From an uncultured Bacteroidales bacterium (GTDB lineage: Bacteria > Bacteroidota > Bacteroidia > Bacteroidales > UBA932), in assembly GCA_947367315.1 (NCBI GenBank), contig CANBDX010000001.1, forward strand, positions 16,305 to 80,304: a stretch of DNA of 64,000 nt, read 5' to 3'. Position 1 is the stretch's first letter. Each line of letters opens with the position of its first letter. Made by a program: the position numbers and the translations under genes. The notes under the pieces were generated by a model. It made no database searches, was not told the DNA's origin, and worked only from the letters and a program-made list of their open reading frames with translations. Of the stretch, positions 41,198 to 51,665 are shown one piece after another.

Positions 41198-42040
41198 ATG
41201 AAAGTAAACAGCGAAGTAAGGTATGCGTCACATCCTAATGATGCAAAACATTACGACACAGCCCAGCTCAGACAGCACTATCTAATGGAGACTGTCTTTG
41301 CTGCAGACGAAATCAATATGGTCTATACCATGCACGACAGAATGATTGCCGGAGGTGCTATGCCGGTGGCTGAAGTCCTTGAGCTTAAGCCTATCGATAT
41401 CCTCCGCAACGATTATTTCCTCGGAAGAAGAGAGATCGGTATCTTCAACGTAGGAGGCAAGGGCGTTGTGAAGGCTGACGACAAGGAGTATCCTATGGAA
41501 TACAAGGAGGCTCTCTACCTCGGCCGCGGCGACAGAAAGGTGACTTTCGAGAGCGTGGATCCTGCAAATCCTGCAAAGTTCTACTTCTGCTCATCACCTG
41601 CTCACGCTACATATCCTGACCACCTTACCACACGCGAGGACGCCGTGAAGATGGAGCTCGGTACTCTCGAAGAGAGCAACCACCGCATCATCAACAGAAT
41701 GCTTGTGAAGGAGGTCGTTCCTACATGCCAGCTTCAGATGGGTATGACAGAACTTCAGCCAGGCAGCACATGGAACACAATGCCGGCTCACACCCACGAG
41801 CGCCGCATGGAGGTTTACTTCTACTTCGAGCTTCCTGAGGACCAGGCAGTATGCCACTTCATGGGTCAGCCTCAGGAGAGCCGTCACATCTGGATGCACA
41901 ACGATCAGGCAGTGATCTCTCCTGAATGGAGTATCCACTCTGCATGTGCTACAAAGAATTATACATTCATCTGGGCAATGTGCGGCGAGAACCTCGACTA
42001 TGGCGACATGGACGGCTGTGCAACTGTAAATCTTAAATAA
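41198..42040 (+). CDS. kduI: 5-dehydro-4-deoxy-D-glucuronate isomerase
   Basis: DRMI.GG, RREIGIFN, WNTMPAHTHERRMEVYFYF, SP.WSIH. Confidence 0.94.
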   Translation: MKVNSEVRYASHPNDAKHYDTAQLRQHYLMETVFAADEINMVYTMHDRMIAGGAMPVAEVLELKPIDILRNDYFLGRREIGIFNVGGKGVVKADDKEYPMEYKEALYLGRGDRKVTFESVDPANPAKFYFCSSPAHATYPDHLTTREDAVKMELGTLEESNHRIINRMLVKEVVPTCQLQMGMTELQPGSTWNTMPAHTHERRMEVYFYFELPEDQAVCHFMGQPQESRHIWMHNDQAVISPEWSIHSACATKNYTFIWAMCGENLDYGDMDGCATVNLK

Positions 42041-42063
42041 TCAACAATTAATCAGAATAAACA

Positions 42064-42858
42064 ATGGTAAACTTTTCACTCGAAGGTAAGATCGCCCTTG
42101 TAACAGGAGCATCTTACGGTATCGGTTTCGCTCTCGCTTCAGCTTTCGCAGAGGCAGGTGCAAAGATTGTCTTCAATGACATCAATCAGGATTTTGTGGA
42201 CAGAGGTCTTGCGGCATATAAGGAGAAGGGCATTGAGGCTCATGGTTATGTTTGTGACGTTACAAACGAGGAGCAGGTAAATGCTATGGTTGCTCAGATC
42301 GAGAAGGAAGTGGGCAAGATCAACATCCTTGTGAACAATGCCGGCATCATCAAGCGTATCCCTATGCATGAGATGACTGCAGCTGAGTTCCGTCAGGTAA
42401 TCGACATCGACCTCAACGGTCCTTTCATCGTGTCAAAGGCGGTTCTCCCTTCAATGATGGAGATGGGTGCAGGTAAGATCATCAACATCTGCTCTATGAT
42501 GTCTGAGCTCGGCCGTGAGACGGTTTCTGCATACGCTGCAGCCAAGGGAGGTCTCAAGATGCTTACCCGCAACATCGCTTCAGAGTACGGCAAGTACAAC
42601 ATCCAGTGCAACGGTATCGGCCCGGGCTATATCGCTACTCCTCAGACAGCTCCTCTCCGCGAGCGTCAGGCAGACGGCAGCCGTCATCCTTTCGATTCAT
42701 TCATCGTTGCCAAGACTCCTGCAGAGCGTTGGGGTACTCCTGAAGACCTCATGGGACCAGCTGTGTTCCTCGCATCTGAGGCTTCAGACTTCGTGAACGG
42801 ACATGTCCTTTATGTAGACGGAGGTATCCTTGCATATATCGGCAAACAGCCACAGTAA
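42064..42858 (+). CDS. kduD: 2-dehydro-3-deoxy-D-gluconate 5-dehydrogenase / gluconate 5-dehydrogenase (SDR)
   Basis: TGASYGIG, NNAG, YAAAK; directly follows kduI. Confidence 0.85.
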   Translation: MVNFSLEGKIALVTGASYGIGFALASAFAEAGAKIVFNDINQDFVDRGLAAYKEKGIEAHGYVCDVTNEEQVNAMVAQIEKEVGKINILVNNAGIIKRIPMHEMTAAEFRQVIDIDLNGPFIVSKAVLPSMMEMGAGKIINICSMMSELGRETVSAYAAAKGGLKMLTRNIASEYGKYNIQCNGIGPGYIATPQTAPLRERQADGSRHPFDSFIVAKTPAERWGTPEDLMGPAVFLASEASDFVNGHVLYVDGGILAYIGKQPQ

Positions 42859-42945
42859 ACATTGTAAAATCTGCATTTCCGGAGTTGCTCATCTTCGCGC
42901 GCCCGGGAACTGCAGGATTTTCCAATATTTATGAATATCAGTACT

Positions 42946-44103
42946 ATGAATAGAAGAATATTCAACATTATGGCAGCGGCTTCGGCTGCTGCCATTTTGG
43001 CTTCCTGCTCAGCAGGTGGTCAGAAGGTTGTCGTGACCAACGACACCGACCTCGCACGTGAGAATGAGACTGTGGAACTCTGCTTCAAGGGGCTCCAGAA
43101 TGCAGATGCAGCCTTGACTGCTGAGAATGTAGTTGTGCTTGATGCAGCAGGCAATCAGGTACCTTCGCAGGTCTATGCTGAAGCTGACGGAAAGGTAAAG
43201 CTTCTGTTCCAGGCGACTGTTCCTGCTAATGCTACCGCTAAGTATGCTGTAAAGACAGGTGAGCGTGAGGCTTATCCTGTAAAGGCATACAGCCGCCACG
43301 TGCCTGAGCGCCTTGACGACTATGCATATGAGAACAACGTGGTTGCAGGACGAATCTATGGCCCGGCTCTCGAGTTCCCAAGGACCTTCGGTTCGGACAT
43401 CTGGCTCAAGTGCACCGAGCGTCTCGTGATCGACGACTGGTTCAAGAAGATGGACTATCACCACAACTATGGCGAGGGAATGGACTGCTACAAGGTGGGC
43501 GGAACCCTCGGAGGCGGTGCTCTCGTACCGTATTCGGACGGAAAGGATTTCGTGATCGGTGACAACTGGGCATCCTTCCAGCATCTCTGCGACGGTCCTG
43601 TACGCACAAAGGCGCTCTTCATTTATGACGCATTTGACGTGAACGGAAAGAAATACGCCGCTTCGCGTGAGCTCGAGCTCGATGCAAACTCACGTTTCGT
43701 AAAGTCGGTAATGACCTTCCTTCCTGTGGGACATGAGTCTGACTCCCTTGATGTTGTTCTCGGTGCCATCCAGCACGAGGTCCTCAATCGCGAGAACGGC
43801 GAGAACTGGATAGCTTTCACAGAAGTAGCATCCGACACGAAGCAGCCTGAAATCGACGGAAACATTTCTGTGGCTCTTGTATATGATGCTGCCGAACTTG
43901 CTGACAATCCTATAATGGCTGTCGGTGACGTTGCCGGTCATGCTGCCATCATAACAAAAGAAGCTGCAGGCAAGCCGGTTGCTGTCTGGACTGCTTCAGG
44001 ATGGAGCCAGGGTGGAGTGGAGTCACCTGAGGCATGGAATCAGCTTGTAAAGGATTTTGCATTTGCCCAGGCCAACCCTCTTAAGGTGGAAGTTGTGAAA
44101 TAA
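42946..44103 (+). CDS. DUF4861-like lipoprotein
   Basis: Lipobox LASC; ERLDDYAYEN, R.YGP, D.W.K, YHH..GEGMD.YKVG.TLG.G motifs. Confidence 0.7.
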   Translation: MNRRIFNIMAAASAAAILASCSAGGQKVVVTNDTDLARENETVELCFKGLQNADAALTAENVVVLDAAGNQVPSQVYAEADGKVKLLFQATVPANATAKYAVKTGEREAYPVKAYSRHVPERLDDYAYENNVVAGRIYGPALEFPRTFGSDIWLKCTERLVIDDWFKKMDYHHNYGEGMDCYKVGGTLGGGALVPYSDGKDFVIGDNWASFQHLCDGPVRTKALFIYDAFDVNGKKYAASRELELDANSRFVKSVMTFLPVGHESDSLDVVLGAIQHEVLNRENGENWIAFTEVASDTKQPEIDGNISVALVYDAAELADNPIMAVGDVAGHAAIITKEAAGKPVAVWTASGWSQGGVESPEAWNQLVKDFAFAQANPLKVEVVK

Positions 44104-44125
44104 TTTCCGGAAATCACTATATTTG

Positions 44126-44154
44126 CGGTGGGATTTTTGTCCCACCGTTTTTTT
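44126..44154 (+). terminator. Intrinsic terminator
   Basis: CGGTGGGA-TTTTTG-TCCCACCG followed by T7. Confidence 0.75.
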
Positions 44155-44173
44155 GTACTAAAACCAGACATCA

Positions 44174-45895
44174 ATGAATAGATTCAGACCGTTTATCCTT
44201 GTTGTGGCAGTTGTTCTGACTGCGTTTGTTTCATATGGGTTGTGGACTCTTCCAAAGGCAAAGCCGGCTGATTATGAAGGCTTCTCCGCTGAGAGAGCCG
44301 TTAAGGATATCGAAGTGATTTCTCGCAGGCATCATTCCGTGGCTCATCCCGAGGAAAGGGCTGAGGTGCGCGAGTATCTGGTGCGTCGCCTGCATGAGCT
44401 GGGTGCGGATTCTGTCAGGGTATTCCGCTATGACTCCCTCACAGGCCCTCAGAACAAGCATGTGGAATATACCTTCGATGCATATGATGTCCTTGCGGAA
44501 TTCGCTCCGCTCAAGGATTCTGCAGATGCCACATACCTCATGATGGTGGCGCATTATGATTCAAGGTATTCGCAGCCTATGCCAAAGGATACCGTATGGT
44601 CATATGGTGCGGCGGATGACGGCTATGGCGTAGGAGTGATCCTGGAGACCGTTTCGCAGCTTCTGAAGCAGCGCTCGGACTGGCATCAGGGTGTCAAGGT
44701 CCTCTTTACGGATGCAGAGGAAGTGGGAATGATGGGTATGAAGGCCATCTGGGAGAACGACAGGGAAGTGTTCGAAAATGTCGGTTTAATAATCAATATC
44801 GAGGCGCGGGGACCTTACGGACCGGCTCTCCTCTTTGAGGCATGCCCAGGCAATGAAAGGGTGATGCAGCTTTATGAAGACGAAGCCCGATATCCTTATA
44901 CCTATTCCCTTACGACTGTAGTATATGGCTTCATGCCGAATTTCACCGACTTCACCATCGTGAAGGATGAAATCCCCGGCCTGAACTTCTCGACTATAGC
45001 CGATGTAAACCACTATCACACCGATCTGGACAATTTCGGCAACGTAAACCCTGCTTCCATTCAGCATTACGGAGCGCAGATCCTTCCTGTCGCCGGGAAA
45101 TATCTCACTTCTGAGGAATTCTCCGGCATCGACAGCATGAAGGCTGAGGAGGATGCCGTGAACTTCACGATTCCGGCTCTCGGCCTGTTCAATTTCAGCA
45201 GGATTGGATATGTCATATTCAATGTGGTCATCTTCCTGATCTTCCTGGTAGGATTCGCTCTGGAGGGCGTCCGCGGAAGACTCAAGGCAGCGAAGGTGTT
45301 CAGGAAGGCCTGTCTGGTGCTGATATCTTCCATCGCGGCTCTTGCACTGGGAGAACTGGTCGCATATGTGTGCGCATCCGTATCCGGTGCTTTATTCAAG
45401 CCGTTCGGCATAGTCCAGGGAATACCTTTCGACAATGCTGCAATGATGGCATCGGTTGCCGTGATGGCTGTGGTGTCCGTATTGGTTTATATGACATTCC
45501 GCAATAAGGCGGTGCGTGCGGCTTCAGGGTCGATGAGGGCAAGTGCAGCCATCAATGCGGCAAGGCATTATGCCGGCAATGCTCTTTACGGCACCATGTC
45601 GCTGATGTTCGTCCTTAGCCTCGTGCTTCTTCTGGCGATAGGGGAGAACCTCATGTTCTTTATTCCTCTTGCGGCTGCTGCTGTGGCAATGCTGCTGTAT
45701 CGTCTCCTGCCGGCAAGAGTGTGGCTCTTCGCTGCGATGGTGCTTGTCCTGCTCCACGCATTCTCATTCCTCTACGCTCTCTCCATGGCACTGACAATAG
45801 GAGCTCTTGGAGCTGTCATGATGATAGCCTTCATCGACATCATGCTCCTGATCCCGCTTGCAGACCTCTACACCATGCCTGAGCGCAGGAAGTAG
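44174..45895 (+). CDS. Membrane-bound M28 family metallopeptidase
   Basis: Intact ligands AHYDS, GAADD, DAEE, NIEARG, YHT; C-terminal TM bundle. Confidence 0.85.
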   Translation: MNRFRPFILVVAVVLTAFVSYGLWTLPKAKPADYEGFSAERAVKDIEVISRRHHSVAHPEERAEVREYLVRRLHELGADSVRVFRYDSLTGPQNKHVEYTFDAYDVLAEFAPLKDSADATYLMMVAHYDSRYSQPMPKDTVWSYGAADDGYGVGVILETVSQLLKQRSDWHQGVKVLFTDAEEVGMMGMKAIWENDREVFENVGLIINIEARGPYGPALLFEACPGNERVMQLYEDEARYPYTYSLTTVVYGFMPNFTDFTIVKDEIPGLNFSTIADVNHYHTDLDNFGNVNPASIQHYGAQILPVAGKYLTSEEFSGIDSMKAEEDAVNFTIPALGLFNFSRIGYVIFNVVIFLIFLVGFALEGVRGRLKAAKVFRKACLVLISSIAALALGELVAYVCASVSGALFKPFGIVQGIPFDNAAMMASVAVMAVVSVLVYMTFRNKAVRAASGSMRASAAINAARHYAGNALYGTMSLMFVLSLVLLLAIGENLMFFIPLAAAAVAMLLYRLLPARVWLFAAMVLVLLHAFSFLYALSMALTIGALGAVMMIAFIDIMLLIPLADLYTMPERRK

Positions 45896-45899
45896 AGGG

Positions 45900-47111
45900 T
45901 TATAGAAGTTCTCCGAGCAGAGTTTTGCTGCGTGCGATAAGGCAGGCTCCTATCACGGCAGCATCATCACCGAGCTCGGAGGAAATGACCGGAACATCTT
46001 GATTCATAAGCCTTAACGAATATTGGCGTATCGCCAGTCTTGTATATTGGAGGAAGTAGTAAGATTCTATCTTTGAGAGACTTCCTCCAATTACTATTAT
46101 GTCCGGATTGAGGATGTTTACCAATCCGGCCAATTGGTGTCCGAGTTCTGTTGCGGTTGTGCTAAGCAGTTCTATGCATAATGCATCCTCATTTTCCACT
46201 GCCTGGATTATGTCCGATGTCGTGATGAGGGCTCCGGACCGTACTTTCCCGGAAAGTACTGAAGTTTCTCCGGCCTGAATCCTTTCTGTCAATTTTCTTG
46301 CTATCGCCCTGCCGGATACCTCTGTCTCCAGGCATCCTTTCTTGCCGCAGTGGCACAATATATTGTTGTCGTAAAGATTGACATGGCCGAATTCTCCTGA
46401 ATAGCCATCTTTGCCATAGTAAAGTTTCCCGTTTAAAATAAGTCCAAGTCCAAGTCCCCATCCGATATTCAGATAGCACATGTTGCGGTAAGACTTGCTG
46501 TGTCCTGACATGTATTCGCCATATGTCATGGCTTTGGTGTCATTTTCTATATACACGGGAATTCCGATCTTGTCTGACAGAATCTCGACCAATGGTGTGC
46601 TTGTGGTGTCCTCAAGAGCATATACGGTTGCGCTTGTGCCCTTGCTGCTGTTGACGCGGCCGGGAAGGTTTATGTTTATTCCCAATACCATTGAAGCGTT
46701 AAGTCCTTCGGTCGCATCAATCAATCCTTTTACGCCTTCGCATATCTCTTCGAGATTATCATGGGTGTTGTTCAGACGGAAATCTGTATCTTTTTCAACC
46801 TTTATCATCCTTCCGGAAATATCCATAAGGCCGATCCTCATTTCAAATGCGCTTATATCCACTCCGATGAAGTATCTGTCTTCGCTGCCGATACCGTATC
46901 TTACTGTCTTCCTTCCTTTGGTATGCATGCTGACCTTGTCTATTTCAGACAAGATGCCTTCTTTGATGAGCTGCGCTATATACTTGGCTACTGTGGTTGT
47001 GCTATAACCTGTGTCATCTGAAATTTCTGCGGTCATGAAAGAACCGTTGCGCATGATATGCAGCATGATGCTCTTGCGGATTATCGTCGATACCATATTT
47101 TCATTTCCCAT
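45900..47111 (-). CDS. ROK-family transcriptional regulator (probable nan regulator)
   Basis: N-terminal wHTH, ENDT, GEFGH, CHCGKKGCLE Zn motif; divergent from nanA. Confidence 0.88.
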   Translation of the reverse strand: MGNENMVSTIIRKSIMLHIMRNGSFMTAEISDDTGYSTTTVAKYIAQLIKEGILSEIDKVSMHTKGRKTVRYGIGSEDRYFIGVDISAFEMRIGLMDISGRMIKVEKDTDFRLNNTHDNLEEICEGVKGLIDATEGLNASMVLGININLPGRVNSSKGTSATVYALEDTTSTPLVEILSDKIGIPVYIENDTKAMTYGEYMSGHSKSYRNMCYLNIGWGLGLGLILNGKLYYGKDGYSGEFGHVNLYDNNILCHCGKKGCLETEVSGRAIARKLTERIQAGETSVLSGKVRSGALITTSDIIQAVENEDALCIELLSTTATELGHQLAGLVNILNPDIIVIGGSLSKIESYYFLQYTRLAIRQYSLRLMNQDVPVISSELGDDAAVIGACLIARSKTLLGELL

Positions 47112-47386
47112 GTTACTGTAATTTAGATTTACAAATATAATATATCTAAGTTTATTCTTATTTATATTTTCAATAAATTGATTAAATAGGCCCTTGAAGT
47201 TGCTGTGTGGTGTGAATGTGTTTTTTTAATAGAATATCTTTATGGAATGTGTTTGTCTTGTGTAATATGATGATTATAAATGAGATAATTTTGTAGGGGG
47301 GGGGTATCGTATTGTGTTTAAATAATCAATTTACTTATTTAATTGAATTACTCTGCCCGGCGCTATTATTCTATATCTGAAATATT

Positions 47387-47394
47387 TAAATTTG
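47387..47394 (+). promoter_or_regulatory. -7 box TAAATTTG for the nan operon (regulator box TATATTTG at 47132-47139, minus)
   Basis: TAnnTTTG consensus shortly upstream of the nanA start. Confidence 0.55.
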
Positions 47395-47431
47395 TTAATG
47401 ACTAGATCATAAATTGTAAAAATCAAATACT

Positions 47432-48349
47432 ATGGAAAAGATTATCGGACTAATTGATGCACCTTTCACTCCTTTTGATGCTGAAGGGAATGTTAACCTT
47501 GCACCTATTCCCGCCTATGCACAAATGCTTGCAGCTAACGGTCTGAAAGGTGTATTTATCAATGGCTCTTCCGGTGAGGGCTATATGCTTACTCCGGAGG
47601 AAAGGATTATGCTTGCTGAAAAGTGGATGGAATCCGTACCTGAAGGATTCAAGGTAATTGTTCACGTCGGCAGCTGCTGCCTTAGGGAAAGTGTCAGACT
47701 TGCTGCGCATGCTCAGAAGATCGGAGCGTGGGGAATCGGTGCAATGGCACCTCCGTTTCCGAAGATAGGGCGCGTGGAGGAACTCGTGAAATATTGCGAG
47801 ACAATCGCTGCCGCTGCTCCGGAACTACCGTTCTATTATTATCATATTCCTGCATTCAACGGAGCCTATCTTTCCATGGTTGAATTTCTGAAGGCTGTCG
47901 ATGGTCGCATACCTAATTTTGCCGGTATTAAATATACTTATGAGAGCCTTTATGAATACAATCAATGCAGGCTTTATAAAGATGGTAAATTCGATATGCT
48001 TCATGGACAGGATGAGACTATTCTTCCATCCCTTGCACAGGGTGGTGCCCAAGGAGGAATCGGCGGTACAACGAACTATAATGGCCGTGAGCTGGTGGGA
48101 ATCATCGAGGCTTGGAAAAATGGAGATCTTCAGACCGCGCGTGAAAAACAGAATTTCTCTCAGGCTGTAATAAATGTAATCTGCAACTATCGCGGAAATA
48201 TAGTAGGCGGTAAGCGGATCATGAAACTTATAGGTTTGGATCTCGGCCCTAACAGGGTGCCGTTCCGTAATATGACGGATGAGGAAGAGGCTGCGATGAA
48301 GGCGGAACTTGAGGCTATCGGCTTCTTTGAAAGATGCAATAGATTCTAA
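47432..48349 (+). CDS. nanA: N-acetylneuraminate lyase (NanL type)
   Basis: NGSSGE, YYYHIP, GIKYT Schiff-base Lys, GIGGTTN; nan context. Confidence 0.9.
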   Translation: MEKIIGLIDAPFTPFDAEGNVNLAPIPAYAQMLAANGLKGVFINGSSGEGYMLTPEERIMLAEKWMESVPEGFKVIVHVGSCCLRESVRLAAHAQKIGAWGIGAMAPPFPKIGRVEELVKYCETIAAAAPELPFYYYHIPAFNGAYLSMVEFLKAVDGRIPNFAGIKYTYESLYEYNQCRLYKDGKFDMLHGQDETILPSLAQGGAQGGIGGTTNYNGRELVGIIEAWKNGDLQTAREKQNFSQAVINVICNYRGNIVGGKRIMKLIGLDLGPNRVPFRNMTDEEEAAMKAELEAIGFFERCNRF

Positions 48350-48378
48350 GTCTCAATAAACCAAAAATCAATTTATAT

Positions 48379-50481
48379 ATGAAACGGATCAGTCTTATTG
48401 CAATTCTAATTGCGTCGGTTTGCTCTTTTTCTTGCAAGTCTGAATACGGTCTGCAGGATTGGAGTACCCCGGGCGATACCGGCATTACATTGAAATGCCA
48501 GGTCTATTCCGTATCAGATGAACCGATGACGTGGCCGTCATCCTCTCAGATAGGACTATATTGTCCTCAGACGAGTTCGGCAAATGTGGCTGTCACCATG
48601 GCTGCGTCTACAGCAGGTTCTGAAGAAGGCAATTTCTATACAGGTATTCCTTGGGGAGAGGGAGAACATACCATTACCGTATATTGGCCTTATAAGGAGA
48701 CCTCCACTGAAAGTGCCCTCGTGGGTTCTTTGAGTAAAAGTGTCGTGCAGAGCGGTAGTTCAATGGAAGGTTTGAGCTCCATGAACCTGTATGTCGGAAA
48801 GACCGCTTCGGCAGAGGTGGCTGCCGGAGAGAAAGTCTCAGTGGACCTTAAACCTCTTTTCGATGTCTGTGAAATTACTGTCAATACCGTCAAATATGTC
48901 GGTTGCGGACTGGATAGGGTCACACTGCGGTCAGCGGAGGGCAACGCTCTTTGTGGCGTATGGTCCTATGACCTTAGTTCAGAGAAACTTAACTTTACTG
49001 AAGGGAATGATAATCTTTCTATAAGTGTAAGTGGGCTTCTTCTGAGTGAAGAACCGATCAAGTTGTGGTATCTGATGTATGATTCAGAGAATCTTTCAGA
49101 AAATGTGGATGTTGAGGTTACCTTGTCCAAGGGTGACGGAAACGTAATGCTTACAGGCAATGCCACATTGACTGCCTCGCTCACTTTGGATATCGATACA
49201 TTTGCTTCGACATCAGTCGGGGACGACTCTATCAATCTTGCGGATCCGGATGCTGACGGTCTTCAGGAGACAGCTAACTGCTATGTTGCAGGTCAGCCGG
49301 GCAAGACATACAGATTCCCTGCTACTATCATGGGTAACGGAAAGACCACGCTTCCGGACAATTCATTTGTTGTCAGCACTTCCGGTGCGGCTCCGGGAAT
49401 CACTCCTTCAGCGCTTTCTCCTGTGTCTGCCCGTATTCTCTGGCAGACCGGCAAGTCTTTGGTGAGAGATGTGAAGATAAAGAACGGATATGTCTATTTC
49501 ACTCTTAATGGTGAAGAAGGCGGCACTCTTACTCCTGGTAACGTGCTTATTGCGGTATATAGTGGAGAAGAAGCCAGCGGCGACATGCTTTGGAGCTGGC
49601 ATATCTGGATAACCGATGCGGATCTTGACGGAAATCTTCAGACATGGAAGGTTCATGGTGATGTTCCTGCAAACAGTGTCCTCCAGAATCCTCAGCTTAT
49701 GGACAGAAACCTTGGAGCGCTTGAATCCAGGGGTTATGAGGTGACTGGTACCAATCTCGATCACGGACTTATCTATCAGTGGGGCCGTAAGGATCCTTTC
49801 GTCGGAGCCGATGACTCTAAGTGGGGCAGCACAGCTATGAGGATTACCTATGATTATAATGACAAGGAAATAGGAGGCTATCAGGCTGCTGATGCATATT
49901 CTTCGGCTGCTAAGTGGACTTATGTGAATAAGATACATATGAAGAGGGAGGACCTCGGAAAGTATCCTATGGTATTCTACTATACAGGAACGACGAAGAA
50001 CGATCAGTTCTGGCTTGATGAAGTCTGTCATGACCTTTGGGGATGTCCTGATTATGGCCTGACCGGAAATAAGCTCGGTGAGAAGACTATCTACGACCCA
50101 TGTCCTCCAGGGTACAGGGTGATGAACGCATATGCGATGACTGGCGCTACGACAGCCCTTGCCGGAGGTAAATTCGACGCAGTAGCATCAGGTAGCAACC
50201 TTGTAAACTATTCTTCGTTCAGTCAGGATAAAGCATCTCTTCAGGTTAAATATGACGGAGCGAATATAGCTTATATTCCTGCCAACGGTATCACTTATTT
50301 CGAGAAGGAGAATTTCCCTGTGGCAAGAACGGGTACATACGGATATCTGTGGTCGGCATCATTGACTAACACTCATACAGCACGTGCATATCGTGTCCAC
50401 TTCGATACGGCCAACTTCAATTCGATGGGTAACGGATATGTGTCATATGGTCATGGAGTAAGATGTGAAAAAATAAGATAG
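48379..50481 (+). CDS. Fimbrillin/type V pilin-like lipoprotein with C-terminal adhesin module
   Basis: Lipobox FSC; ANCY, WSWHIW, MDRNLGA, YQWGRKDPF, DPCPPGYRV, terminal GVRCEK. Confidence 0.7.
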   Translation: MKRISLIAILIASVCSFSCKSEYGLQDWSTPGDTGITLKCQVYSVSDEPMTWPSSSQIGLYCPQTSSANVAVTMAASTAGSEEGNFYTGIPWGEGEHTITVYWPYKETSTESALVGSLSKSVVQSGSSMEGLSSMNLYVGKTASAEVAAGEKVSVDLKPLFDVCEITVNTVKYVGCGLDRVTLRSAEGNALCGVWSYDLSSEKLNFTEGNDNLSISVSGLLLSEEPIKLWYLMYDSENLSENVDVEVTLSKGDGNVMLTGNATLTASLTLDIDTFASTSVGDDSINLADPDADGLQETANCYVAGQPGKTYRFPATIMGNGKTTLPDNSFVVSTSGAAPGITPSALSPVSARILWQTGKSLVRDVKIKNGYVYFTLNGEEGGTLTPGNVLIAVYSGEEASGDMLWSWHIWITDADLDGNLQTWKVHGDVPANSVLQNPQLMDRNLGALESRGYEVTGTNLDHGLIYQWGRKDPFVGADDSKWGSTAMRITYDYNDKEIGGYQAADAYSSAAKWTYVNKIHMKREDLGKYPMVFYYTGTTKNDQFWLDEVCHDLWGCPDYGLTGNKLGEKTIYDPCPPGYRVMNAYAMTGATTALAGGKFDAVASGSNLVNYSSFSQDKASLQVKYDGANIAYIPANGITYFEKENFPVARTGTYGYLWSASLTNTHTARAYRVHFDTANFNSMGNGYVSYGHGVRCEKIR

Positions 50482-50482
50482 T

Positions 50483-51664
50483 ATGGTGGATCTTGAATAT
50501 ATAAAGGAATGCAGACAAAGATGTCTGACAGACCTTGTGGAAGATGTGATGCCTTTCTGGATGAAGTATGGACTTGACGAGGTCAATGGTGGTGTTTACA
50601 CCGCCATTGACCGGGAAGGCCGTCTGATGGACACTACGAAGTCCGTATGGTTCCAGGGACGGTTCGGATATGTCTGTGCTGCCTTGTATAATAATGTACG
50701 CAAGGAAAATGCATGGCTTGAGGCGGCGAGGTCTGCAATTGACTTCATCGAGCGCCATTGTGTGGATACAGACGGACATATGTTCTTTTCGGTTACAGCT
50801 GACGGCCGTCCGGTGCAGAAAAGACGGTATGTGTTCTCGGAATGCTTTGCAGCCATTGCGATGGCCGAGTATGCCCTTGCCAGCGGGTGCATGATTTATG
50901 CGGACAAGGCTCTTGAACTTTTCAACCGTATCATCAAGATGATCTCAACGCCCGGATTTCTGCCCCCGAAATATGATTTCGAGGCCCGCGGCCATTCGAT
51001 TACGATGATTCTGATCAATGTGGCTCTTGTAATCAAGCAGGTATGTGATGCTCCTGTGCTGGATAACTACATCAGCAAGGCTGTGTATGAAATCAGGGAC
51101 TATTTCATGAAGGAGGAGTATCATACTGTGCTGGAAATGGTCGGCCCGGGCGGAGAACTGATCGACACCTGTGCAGGAAGGACAATCAATCCGGGGCACT
51201 GCATGGAGACGGGATGGTTCATACTTGAGGTTGCACGTCAGAGGGGCAATGACCCGGAGATGGTGAAGATAGGTACTCAGATCATTGACTGGGCCTGGGA
51301 ATGGGGCTGGGACGAGGAATTTGGAGGTCTTATAAACTTCAAGGACTGCAAGGGCTTCCCTGCTCAGGATTACTCTCAGGACATGAAGTTCTGGTGGCCT
51401 CAGTGCGAAACCATACTTGCATCCCTGTATGCATATGATGCTACCGGTGATGAAAAATATCTTCAGATGCATAAGCTCGCATTCGATTGGGCATTTGAAA
51501 AATTCCCGGACAGGCAGTTCGGCGAATGGTACGGCTATCTTCACAGAGATGGTACTGTGGCTCAGCCTGCCAAGGGAAATATGTTCAAGGGCCCATTCCA
51601 TATCCCTCGTATGATGATGAAGGCGGCAATGGAATATGATAGAATAATAAATAAAGTAAAATGA
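50483..51664 (+). CDS. nanE: N-acylglucosamine 2-epimerase (AGE family)
   Basis: KSVWFQGR, INPGH..E.GWF, KFWWPQ.E, EWYGYL, KGPFH.PR. Confidence 0.9.
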   Translation: MVDLEYIKECRQRCLTDLVEDVMPFWMKYGLDEVNGGVYTAIDREGRLMDTTKSVWFQGRFGYVCAALYNNVRKENAWLEAARSAIDFIERHCVDTDGHMFFSVTADGRPVQKRRYVFSECFAAIAMAEYALASGCMIYADKALELFNRIIKMISTPGFLPPKYDFEARGHSITMILINVALVIKQVCDAPVLDNYISKAVYEIRDYFMKEEYHTVLEMVGPGGELIDTCAGRTINPGHCMETGWFILEVARQRGNDPEMVKIGTQIIDWAWEWGWDEEFGGLINFKDCKGFPAQDYSQDMKFWWPQCETILASLYAYDATGDEKYLQMHKLAFDWAFEKFPDRQFGEWYGYLHRDGTVAQPAKGNMFKGPFHIPRMMMKAAMEYDRIINKVK

Positions 51665-51665
51665 T

